DNA of 26,823 bases from a virus, in the UHGV virus genome UHGV-0250493; one strand, given 5' to 3'. The notes below the pieces were generated by a model that was not told the origin of the DNA, ran no database searches, and worked only from the letters and a program-made list of their open reading frames with translations. How positions within the stretch are numbered: position 1 is the first letter of the stretch; each line of letters starts with the position of its first letter. The translations under genes were made by a program, and so were the position numbers. Positions 8,412-14,946 of the stretch are shown here, piece by piece.

Positions 8412-8945
8412 ATGAACACCAAAATCAAATACGGCTTGTCGGCTGCCGTTCTGGCGCTGATTGCCGCTGGTGCGCCTGCGCCTGACATTCTCGACCAGTT
8501 TCTGGATGAAAAGGAAGGTAACCACACCACGGCATACCGTGATGGCGCGGGTATCTGGACCATCTGCCGCGGTGCCATCCTGGTGGATGGCAAACCTGTC
8601 GTTCCGGGCATGAAGTTGTCGAAGGAAAAATGCGACCGGGTTAACGCCATTGAGCGTGATAAGGCGCTGGCATGGGTGGAGAAAAACATCAGAGTGCCAT
8701 TGAGTGAACCCCAGAAAGCGGGGATCGCGTCATTCTGTCCGTACAACATTGGCCCCGGTAAGTGTTTTCCGTCGACGTTTTATAAACGAATTAATGCAGG
8801 TGATCGCAGGGGAGCGTGTGAGGCGATTCGCTGGTGGATTAAGGACGGTGGCAGGGACTGCCGTATTCGCTCAAATAACTGTTACGGTCAGGTATCCCGT
8901 CGTGACCAGGAGAGCGCGCTGGCGTGCTGGGGAATCGACAGATAA
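8412..8945 (+). CDS. R: SAR endolysin (GH24 lysozyme with N-terminal signal-anchor-release domain)
   Basis: 177 aa. N-terminal weakly hydrophobic Gly/Ala-rich segment LSAAVLALIAAGAPAP. Lysozyme catalytic region E...D...T (DEKEGNHTTAYRDGAGIWTICRG). Paired with a pinholin as in phage 21. Confidence 0.85.
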   Translation: MNTKIKYGLSAAVLALIAAGAPAPDILDQFLDEKEGNHTTAYRDGAGIWTICRGAILVDGKPVVPGMKLSKEKCDRVNAIERDKALAWVEKNIRVPLSEPQKAGIASFCPYNIGPGKCFPSTFYKRINAGDRRGACEAIRWWIKDGGRDCRIRSNNCYGQVSRRDQESALACWGIDR

Positions 8946-9039
8946 GCAGAATATTTTGCTAATAAATGACGTTGGCCAAGGCGGACGGATAACACGAAAT
9001 CCTGCGAACTGGCAAAATGTAAGTGAATAAAAGTAAAAA

Positions 9040-9074
9040 CCCCGTTTGTTGGCAGCAAGCGGGGTTTTGTTTTT
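9040..9074 (+). terminator. intrinsic terminator immediately after the endolysin gene
   Basis: 9 bp stem CCCCGTTTG-TTGGCAG-CAAGCGGGG followed by TTTTGTTTTT. Confidence 0.5.
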
Positions 9075-9139
9075 ATGGCAGTAAGCTATGGGAGGCTGCC
9101 TTGATTGATTTTAGCAAACTGATTAGGGAGTTGCGACTC

Positions 9140-9235
9140 ATGATTAGTCAATTACCAAACTGGAAATTTTTGCTGGTCTGGAGCATCCCTTTTTTATGGG
9201 TAGTATCCCAGTTAATTGTGGCAATTAAGGGGTAG
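9140..9235 (+). CDS. small membrane peptide A, 31 aa
   Basis: ATG 9140 with AGGGAG 9 nt upstream. MISQLPNWKFLLVWSIPFLWVVSQLIVAIKG, one predicted TM helix. Below ORF-track cutoff (it is the 3' part of track ORF 9023..9235). Confidence 0.45.
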   Translation: MISQLPNWKFLLVWSIPFLWVVSQLIVAIKG

Positions 9236-9237
9236 CT

Positions 9238-9369
9238 ATGTCAGACAAACTCATAACGCCGGCAAAGGTCCTGTGTGTGATTGTCGGTATTTCATTTTCA
9301 CTAATGCTGGTTGCTCTTTTTCTGTCCCTCGCCTGGGTGATGTTGTCTTCGTCGGGGCTGCTGGGGTGA
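9238..9369 (+). CDS. small membrane peptide B, 43 aa
   Basis: ATG 9238 with AAGGGG 6 nt upstream, 2 nt after the peptide A stop. MSDKLITPAKVLCVIVGISFSLMLVALFLSLAWVMLSSSGLLG, one TM helix. Confidence 0.45.
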   Translation: MSDKLITPAKVLCVIVGISFSLMLVALFLSLAWVMLSSSGLLG

Positions 9370-9488
9370 CAGTGACTGATGACATCAGCAGAGCGCTGGC
9401 TTTTGCTATTAAGTGGGTGGCTGTTGGTATTGCTGTGTCTCCGATGCTGTATGGGCTGGCAAAACTGGTCATTGCGCTGAAATCGTGA
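9366..9488 (+). CDS. small membrane peptide C, about 38-40 aa, paralogue of D
   Basis: GTG start at 9366 overlapping the B stop (GGGGTGA), or at 9372. ...DDISRALAFAIKWVAVGIAVSPMLYGLAKLVIALKS. Similar to peptide D at protein and DNA level. Confidence 0.4.
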   Translation: MTVTDDISRALAFAIKWVAVGIAVSPMLYGLAKLVIALKS

Positions 9489-9499
9489 ACTTTAAAAAG

Positions 9500-9586
9500 A
9501 TGAGTGCTGAACTTATTCGGGCAATGGCATTTGCCATTCGTATTGTGGCCATTGCTGTTCTGGTCTGGGCAATCCGTTGGTGGTGA
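9500..9586 (+). CDS. small membrane peptide D, 28 aa
   Basis: ATG 9500. [28 protein letters not shown]. Stop TGA lies 1 nt before the Rz start. Confidence 0.4.
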   Translation: MSAELIRAMAFAIRIVAIAVLVWAIRWW

Positions 9587-9587
9587 T

Positions 9588-10055
9588 ATGAACCGTGTTC
9601 TGTGTGTGGTGATTATTGTCCTGCTGGTAGCCTGTGGTGTGCTTAGTCTGGGGCTGAATCATTACCGCGATAACGCCATCACCTACAAAGCGCAGCGCGA
9701 TAAAAAAGTCAGTGAGCTGAAACTGGCGAACGCGACAATTACTGATATGCAGATACGCCAGCGTGATGTCGCTGAACTTGATGCCAGATACTCGAGGGAA
9801 TTAGCCGATGCGAGAGCTGAAAATGAAACTCTGCGTGCTGATGTTGCCGCTGGTCGTAAGCGCCTGCGGATCAACGCCACCTGCTCCGGTACCGTGCGTG
9901 AAGCCACCGGCACCTCCGGCGTGGATAATGCAACCGGCCCCCGACTGGCAGACACCGCTGAACGGGATTATTTCATCCTCAGAGAACGGTTGATGACAAT
10001 GCAGAAGCAGCTGGAAGGGGCACAGGACTATATCCGCACTCAGTGCCTGAACTAA
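9588..10055 (+). CDS. Rz: Rz i-spanin
   Basis: ATG 9588 with GGTGG upstream. N-terminal TM helix ([16 protein letters not shown]) followed by a long charged coiled-coil-like region. Contains the embedded Rz1 frame. Confidence 0.8.
   Translation: MNRVLCVVIIVLLVACGVLSLGLNHYRDNAITYKAQRDKKVSELKLANATITDMQIRQRDVAELDARYSRELADARAENETLRADVAAGRKRLRINATCSGTVREATGTSGVDNATGPRLADTAERDYFILRERLMTMQKQLEGAQDYIRTQCLN
9823..9993 (+). CDS. Rz1: Rz1 o-spanin (lipoprotein, embedded in the +1 frame of Rz)
   Basis: [15 protein letters not shown] lipobox followed by a proline-rich tail, wholly inside Rz. An alternative start at 9808 is possible. Confidence 0.75.
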   Translation: MKLCVLMLPLVVSACGSTPPAPVPCVKPPAPPAWIMQPAPDWQTPLNGIISSSENG

Positions 10056-10357
10056 GTTTTGCTGATGCGCCGTATCGTCGCTGTATTCCCTCATTAACAG
10101 AGACCGCAGCCCGACAGGGAGACTCCTCTGCGCGAGTGTGCGGGGATAATCAAAAACGATACACACCGGGGTTTACCGCGTTAACGGAGCGCGGCGTTGT
10201 CCCCTCATAGTCGCCAGTCCGGTGCGATGGTGGAAGAAACAGGACGATGTGTTACCTCGCAAGCCCTGTTATGTCATGTGTCTGATTTGTGATTTAAGTC
10301 GGATAATTGTCGTTGCCATTAAGCAGAGGATTGATGACCGACAGGGCGGCATTGTTA

Positions 10358-10372
10358 GAATAAGACTTATTC
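10358..10372 (+). promoter_or_regulatory. palindromic operator-like site GAATAAG-A-CTTATTC upstream of the TonB-like gene
   Basis: Perfect 7-1-7 inverted repeat overlapping a putative extended -10 (TGTTAGAAT, 10353-10361), 22 nt upstream of the start codon. AT-rich, loosely Fur-box-like. Confidence 0.35.
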
Positions 10373-10393
10373 TTATCTGTGCGGGGAATGAAA

Positions 10394-10720
10394 ATGAAAA
10401 GAAATCTTCCGTTAATTATTTTGTTGTCTTCTCTGGTTATGGGCTGTACGCAACATAAAACAGATATGCCCCGACAGTTGGTTAAGGCATTACCACAATA
10501 TCCGGCCTATGCAGCGGCAAATTATATAAAGGGACGGGTTGATGTGAGGTTTGATATTGGTGCTGATGGTACTGTCACCCGAATTGAGTTTATTCGTTCA
10601 GAGCCGCACCATCTGTTTGATGAGCAGGTTGTAAAGGCGATGGCAAAATGGCGATTTGAGAAGGACAGGCCGTGTAAAGGCGTGAAGAAAACGTTTATCT
10701 TTAGTCCTTCTGCACACTGA
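10394..10720 (+). CDS. lipoprotein with TonB C-terminal domain
   Basis: Signal peptide with lipobox (LVMGC). The mature part PQYPAYAAANYIKGRVDVRFDIGADGTVTRIEFIRSEPHHLFDEQVVKAMAKWRF aligns closely with E. coli TonB residues about 160-230 (PQYPARAQALRIEGQVKVKFDV...REVKNAMRRWRYEPG). Confidence 0.75.
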   Translation: MKRNLPLIILLSSLVMGCTQHKTDMPRQLVKALPQYPAYAAANYIKGRVDVRFDIGADGTVTRIEFIRSEPHHLFDEQVVKAMAKWRFEKDRPCKGVKKTFIFSPSAH

Positions 10721-10851
10721 TTATTTCATCAGAAATTAATTATCACTCTGTTGTTATTCTGTACATCCCGGCAGGGTAAGTATTGTTCCGTCGGATATGA
10801 AGATGAAATATTGTTGGAGGACAGTGGGTACCTGCTCCTGTAACCGAACGT

Positions 10852-11052
10852 TCATTTCTCGTTATTTGTCATGCTGGCCGGGCGCAGATGCGTTGCATCT
10901 GTTGCCAGCCTTCTCCTGCAGGCTTCAATAACCCACGCTGAAAAGTTACCGGACCCTTTATGCTCAAGGGCGATGTTGATCTGTTCAATCATGTGATTGG
11001 GGAAACGGATATTGCGGGTTGTGGTTCTGCGGGTACGGTTTTTCGATGACAT
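10852..11052 (-). CDS. ribbon-helix-helix (CopG/Arc-like) small DNA-binding protein
   Basis: 66 aa from ATG 11052 (AAGGAA RBS) to stop at 10852-10854. MSSKNRTRRTTTRNIRFPNHMIEQINIALE...NFSAWVIEACRRRL fits the RHH beta-alpha-alpha pattern. Position upstream of terminase matches ylcI/ynfO. Confidence 0.55.
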   Translation of the reverse strand: MSSKNRTRRTTTRNIRFPNHMIEQINIALEHKGSGNFSAWVIEACRRRLATDATHLRPASMTNNEK

Positions 11053-11093
11053 ATTTATTTCCTTTACTGATTGCCATATGACGGGGATTTTAC

Positions 11094-11459
11094 ATGGCTG
11101 AGCTTCGTACACTCCAGAGCAGAATCAAAACACTGAATACCCGACGGGTGAATATTCTGAAGGGTGAACAGCGTCGTGTCAGTGGCAGTGCACGTGTTTC
11201 CCTCAAGCGTCATATCTGGCTCAGGGACGCCGGGCAGTGCCGTCTCTGTGGTCGTGTGGTTGACCTCTGTGACAGTGAACTCGATCACCGAATTGCACTT
11301 CAGTTCGGTGGTGGTAATGAGGAGACGAATCTCTGGACGCTCTGTACCGAATGCCATCGACAAAAGTCTGCTCGTGAAGCGGCGAGTGATATGCCGGACC
11401 CGACGCTGCCGGAGGTGTCCGGAGGTAGTGGCAGAGAGGACGACATCATCGGACTGTAA
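11094..11459 (+). CDS. HNH endonuclease (terminase-associated type)
   Basis: 121 aa with CxxC...DHRIALQFGG...NLWTLCTECHRQK HNH motif. GGGGA RBS. Sits next to the putative cos region and TerS, as in HK97-like phages. Confidence 0.8.
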   Translation: MAELRTLQSRIKTLNTRRVNILKGEQRRVSGSARVSLKRHIWLRDAGQCRLCGRVVDLCDSELDHRIALQFGGGNEETNLWTLCTECHRQKSAREAASDMPDPTLPEVSGGSGREDDIIGL

Positions 11460-11547
11460 CCCGACCCCGGGGGGGTATCATCCGGCGTAAAAAACGATCG
11501 CTTTGGACACCGCGCCCCCTCTCACGCAGAGAAAAAATTCCCGTTTC

Positions 11548-11682
11548 AGGGCAGTTAACATGTTAACTGGCTGCCCGGGCATTTTTGCGGTTTTTATCTT
11601 TATTATTCAGTTTGTTGTGCGGAAAAAATGTTAACAGGCTTTTTCAGCAAATGTTAACCAGGCAGCAGTTAACATTTGCGGC
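11548..11682. repeat. cluster of GTTAAC-containing palindromes (putative terminase-binding/cosB-like region)
   Basis: Perfect 18 bp palindrome CAGTTAACATGTTAACTG (11553-11570), AAATGTTAACAGG (11626-11638), and inverted pair AAATGTTAAC...GTTAACATTT (11650-11678), all between the HNH and TerS genes. Confidence 0.5.
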
Positions 11683-11749
11683 ATGAGACGCCGGGAAAAA
11701 TGGGCTGAACCATACCCGGCTGAGTGCGTTCTGGACCCGGGAGGAGGCT

Positions 11750-12340
11750 GTGCTGACAACGCAAAAACGAAAATTTGCGCTGGCGCTCATGTCCGGGAAA
11801 AACAAAACAGCGTCAGCCATTGCCGCCGGTTATTCGGCGAAGACCGCCAGGGTTAAAGGCTCGCAGCTGGCAAAAGATCCTGAGGTGCTTGCGTTTATAG
11901 CCCGTAAACAATGCGAGACGGTGGAGGTGGATGAGGTTCCTGTTTACCGGCAGAAAAAATCAGAGCAGGAGGATAAACCCCGTCGCCGTGAGGCGGCTGC
12001 AATACCACAGCCGGACGAAAACAATCTGGAGATGCCACCGTCCGCGGTGATGTCTCCTGGTATTGAATATATGGAGGATGGTCTTCCCGATCCGGTGAAA
12101 GCCATGGGGCGGATCCTGGTGGAAAACCTCTGCATTGATCCGAAACTGGCACTGGATGCGGCCTGGCGTCTGGCGCAGTTCACGCACCATAAAAAAGGGG
12201 ATACCGGGAAAAAATCGGCAAAAGATGATGCCGCGAAAAAAGCGGCTAACCGTTTTGCGGTGCCACCGCCACCCCGACTGGTGGTGAATCCGCCACCAGA
12301 GGTTCAACCCGGCTCCAGTCCAGAATACGCAGTTCTTTGA
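11750..12340 (+). CDS. terminase small subunit (C-terminal about 17 codons probably altered by a rearrangement junction)
   Basis: GTG start with GGAGGAGG RBS. N-terminal region KNKTASAIAAGYSAKTARVKGSQLAKDPEV typical of TerS. The 3' end overlaps, on the opposite strand, the end of the inverted portal fragment. Confidence 0.7.
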   Translation: MLTTQKRKFALALMSGKNKTASAIAAGYSAKTARVKGSQLAKDPEVLAFIARKQCETVEVDEVPVYRQKKSEQEDKPRRREAAAIPQPDENNLEMPPSAVMSPGIEYMEDGLPDPVKAMGRILVENLCIDPKLALDAAWRLAQFTHHKKGDTGKKSAKDDAAKKAANRFAVPPPPRLVVNPPPEVQPGSSPEYAVL

Positions 12341-12734
12341 TCTGCCCCCGGGCATTACGGATTTTCAGCACCACCGTATTGCCATGACGCAGTTTGGCGT
12401 TCAGCCACAGTTCAAAAAACTGGATGCGGTTCTGCTGGGCGTTGGGACGACGACAGAGGCGGGCAATATCCCCCCGGCGCGTTTCCCTGCGTATCCCATG
12501 CGCATCCGTCTGCATAAGACGCAGCCGCATTTTGGCGATATCCTGGGATATCAGCGAAATACATGCAAACACCGCATGAAAGGAGAGGACGGCTTCAGGA
12601 TCGGCTTTCACGCCCTGCTGCCAGGCGCCGGAAAAGGGCTCAGCCACCGCCTGAAACAGGCTGGTCCAGCCCGCCTCTCTTACGTCACGTCCTGATTTCT
12701 GGTTTTTTCGGGTTCGCCGTAAAAGGTTCCACAT
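12246..12734 (-). CDS. portal protein, N-terminal portion only (gene interrupted, inverted relative to its C-terminal part)
   Basis: ...SGAWQQGV...AVFACISLISQDIAKMRLRL...GNTVVLKIRNARGQIKELRILDWSRVEPLVAD matches the HK97-family portal N-terminus. After about position 12288 the frame runs 13 unrelated codons to a stop. Confidence 0.6.
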   Translation of the reverse strand: MWNLLRRTRKNQKSGRDVREAGWTSLFQAVAEPFSGAWQQGVKADPEAVLSFHAVFACISLISQDIAKMRLRLMQTDAHGIRRETRRGDIARLCRRPNAQQNRIQFFELWLNAKLRHGNTVVLKIRNARGQIKELRILDWSRVEPLVADSPPVGVAVAPQNG

Positions 12735-12901
12735 TCGCCATGCTCCGCATCACGTTTCTTTTTCTGACCTGCCGGACGTCGCACCGTGATGTACTCCGCC
12801 TTTCCCAGGCGAACCAGCACCTCCGCACACGGCTGTGCCACATCACGGATATCCCCGGCCCGGGCATCATGCGTGCCCTGCAGATATCGGATCTTTGCCA
12901 T
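12680..12901 (-). CDS. hypothetical small ORF between capsid and portal-N genes
   Basis: 73 aa ORF with weak RBS, overlapping the portal-N start in another frame. May be spurious. Confidence 0.2.
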   Translation of the reverse strand: MAKIRYLQGTHDARAGDIRDVAQPCAEVLVRLGKAEYITVRRPAGQKKKRDAEHGECGTFYGEPEKTRNQDVT

Positions 12902-12945
12902 AACCTGTTACGGGAGGCGCACGCCTCCCGTCCTCCTTATCAGAC

Positions 12946-14883
12946 TCAGCCGCCGGACGCACTGCCGTAGTTCACTCCGGTGATCACCGCCACCGCCGCA
13001 GTACGGCGACGACGCCAGTTGATCCAGCGCTCCGCACGGATGGCCACGCTGCCTGTCTGGAACATGGAAACCAGCTCCACCGGGGACGGCGTGGTACTGT
13101 CGCCGGTCGGCTCAGACTGCATTTCCAGTGATGCCTCGCGGGACATATCCACTGCCACGCCGCCGTCATCCGCCAGATAAATATCCGGGGCATTCACCAG
13201 CACCAGCTGGTCACCCACGTACTGGGAGACAATCACCGGCAGCCCCTGGAAGGAGCCACCCAGCAGGGTCATGTCCGGGTATTCCTTCTGACCCAGCGCA
13301 TTTTTACGCATGGACAGTGCCAGGGCATTGGTGCTGGACATCAGCCAGACCGCACCGGTGGGCTGCAGGTTTGCTGCCACAAACTGTCCAAACGCAGCCT
13401 CTGCATCCGCATCCGGGTTACCGGTTGATGCCGTGCCCTTCACATCATGGGTGATGGACGCCGGGGAGACATCTGCCACTGCGGCTTTTTTCGGGTCCAC
13501 AAAGTCTGTATCCAGACGCGCCACCACCGCTTCCGCCAGCGCATTACGGACCAGTGCATCAGCAGCCGGACTGGAAAAACGGATCAATTCTTCCGTCAGT
13601 ACCGCAATGGCCGACACCTTCGCATGACTGAAGGTGATGGATTCAAAATCAAACTTCGTCAGGGGTTTTGCCTTACCCTCACCCACCCAGCCGGCAGCAC
13701 CGCCGGACACCTGGGCGTGCACACGGATATTGAATGGCACCTGACGAAGTGCAGGGATCCCGCCCTGACCAAATCGCCCGATAATGGTCTGCGGACGCAG
13801 GTAATCAATAAAGTCCTGTGCGTATTCCTGATATTCAGACAGGCTGCCTGCCCACTGCGGATCCGTGGTGGTCCCCGCGCCCACTGCCGATTTCAGGACA
13901 TGATGCAGACGACTGTCATCCGGATACTGACGACGGGCCACTTCCAGGGCTTCAGATCGGACGCCTTTAGCCGCAGCCAGCGATTTGGCAAAGCGGGCGA
14001 AGCCAATCCCCTTATCCAGTTTCTGCTCCACACGGATCACCGGCGCAGAAGCCACCGCGGCCACATTCCCGTTACCGGCCTGTTTCACCGGCTGCGCCGT
14101 GGCGGCCTTACCGGCTTCCAGTTCACGCAGGCGCTTCAGGTGCGCATCCACCTGACGGATTTCCGCTGCGGTGTTGTCGTAATGCTCTTCCTCCTCCACA
14201 TCCAGCGTGCGCCCTTCCTCTGCGGCTTTGGTCATGACCTCCTCAAGGGAGGCTGCCAGCGCTGCACGCTTGTTTTCAAAACTTTTAATCTGTTCGCCAA
14301 TATTCATTATGGTCTTTTCCTTATGAAAAACGGTTGTTGACTGTGCCGCAGCGCCGGCAGAAGATGCGATTTTCACCACCGGTTTCCGGTTGCCGGACGC
14401 GGCAGAAAACGGGCGGTCGTAAGATTTAATGGTCCGGATGGTGCATTCCGCATTCGCGGGCACGGTGACGGCAGACACCTCCATCAGTTCCCAGCGCAGA
14501 AAATGCAGTCCGCCTCCGTCCAGAAAGGTGTATTCATGGGGACGGAAGCCCACGGACAGCCCCCTGACCAGCCCGGTCTTAATGGCCGCCCAGACCTCAT
14601 CCAGCCGGGCAGCCAGTTGCGACGGCATATCCGGTACGGGCTTCACCAGTGTTGCCGTGATTTCCAGCCCTTCGCTGACCCGGCGCACCGTACACTGCCC
14701 CACCGGGCGGGAATGGTCATGCTGCCAGAGAAACGGTATCGCACTGCCAAACTCCGCGCCCTCCGGCTCCAGGATGTCACCATCCCGATCCGGAGAAGGC
14801 GTTGACGCAATCCCGGTGATCACCCGTTCATCCTCACTGAAGGATTTCACCGTCAGCAGGGAACAGGCCCGTTTAAGAGTCAC
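12946..14883 (-). CDS. prohead serine protease - scaffold-like linker - HK97-fold major capsid protein fusion
   Basis: 645 aa. The N-terminus has prohead protease motifs (PFLWQHD, GLSVGF, EVSAVTVPAN). The middle is a charged coiled-coil-like region. The C-terminal about 300 aa has an HK97-type capsid pattern. GTG start with AGGAGG RBS. Confidence 0.8.
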   Translation of the reverse strand: MTLKRACSLLTVKSFSEDERVITGIASTPSPDRDGDILEPEGAEFGSAIPFLWQHDHSRPVGQCTVRRVSEGLEITATLVKPVPDMPSQLAARLDEVWAAIKTGLVRGLSVGFRPHEYTFLDGGGLHFLRWELMEVSAVTVPANAECTIRTIKSYDRPFSAASGNRKPVVKIASSAGAAAQSTTVFHKEKTIMNIGEQIKSFENKRAALAASLEEVMTKAAEEGRTLDVEEEEHYDNTAAEIRQVDAHLKRLRELEAGKAATAQPVKQAGNGNVAAVASAPVIRVEQKLDKGIGFARFAKSLAAAKGVRSEALEVARRQYPDDSRLHHVLKSAVGAGTTTDPQWAGSLSEYQEYAQDFIDYLRPQTIIGRFGQGGIPALRQVPFNIRVHAQVSGGAAGWVGEGKAKPLTKFDFESITFSHAKVSAIAVLTEELIRFSSPAADALVRNALAEAVVARLDTDFVDPKKAAVADVSPASITHDVKGTASTGNPDADAEAAFGQFVAANLQPTGAVWLMSSTNALALSMRKNALGQKEYPDMTLLGGSFQGLPVIVSQYVGDQLVLVNAPDIYLADDGGVAVDMSREASLEMQSEPTGDSTTPSPVELVSMFQTGSVAIRAERWINWRRRRTAAVAVITGVNYGSASGG

Positions 14884-14893
14884 ATCAGCCTCC

Positions 14894-14922
14894 TGAAAAT
14901 AAAAAAACCGCCGGAGCGGTTC
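14894..14922 (-). terminator. intrinsic terminator between TerL and the capsid gene (minus strand)
   Basis: On the minus strand, hairpin AACCGC-TCCG-GCGGTT followed by TTTTTTTATTTT, immediately before the AGGAGG RBS of the capsid gene. Confidence 0.5.
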
Positions 14923-14946
14923 GTGATGGTTACAGTGTGAACAGGG

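Noticed and set aside
9023-9235. 70 aa track ORF beginning upstream of the post-endolysin terminator
   Set aside because: Its 5' part runs through the terminator hairpin with no RBS. Only the internal start at 9140 (with AGGGAG) was kept, as peptide A.
11548-11682. Possible CRISPR array (repeated GTTAAC-containing motifs)
   Set aside because: The repeats are short palindromes in mixed orientation without regular repeat-spacer periodicity and no cas genes are present. They fit terminase or operator sites better.
12384-12695. 103 aa + strand ORF opposite the portal N-terminal fragment
   Set aside because: The minus-strand frame shows clear portal N-terminal similarity. The + frame has none and continues from nothing upstream.
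13447-14340. 297 aa + strand ORF inside the capsid gene region
   Set aside because: Lies antisense to the well-supported protease-capsid gene. Arg/His/Cys-rich low-complexity translation typical of a shadow ORF in GC-rich coding DNA. No RBS or recognisable domain.
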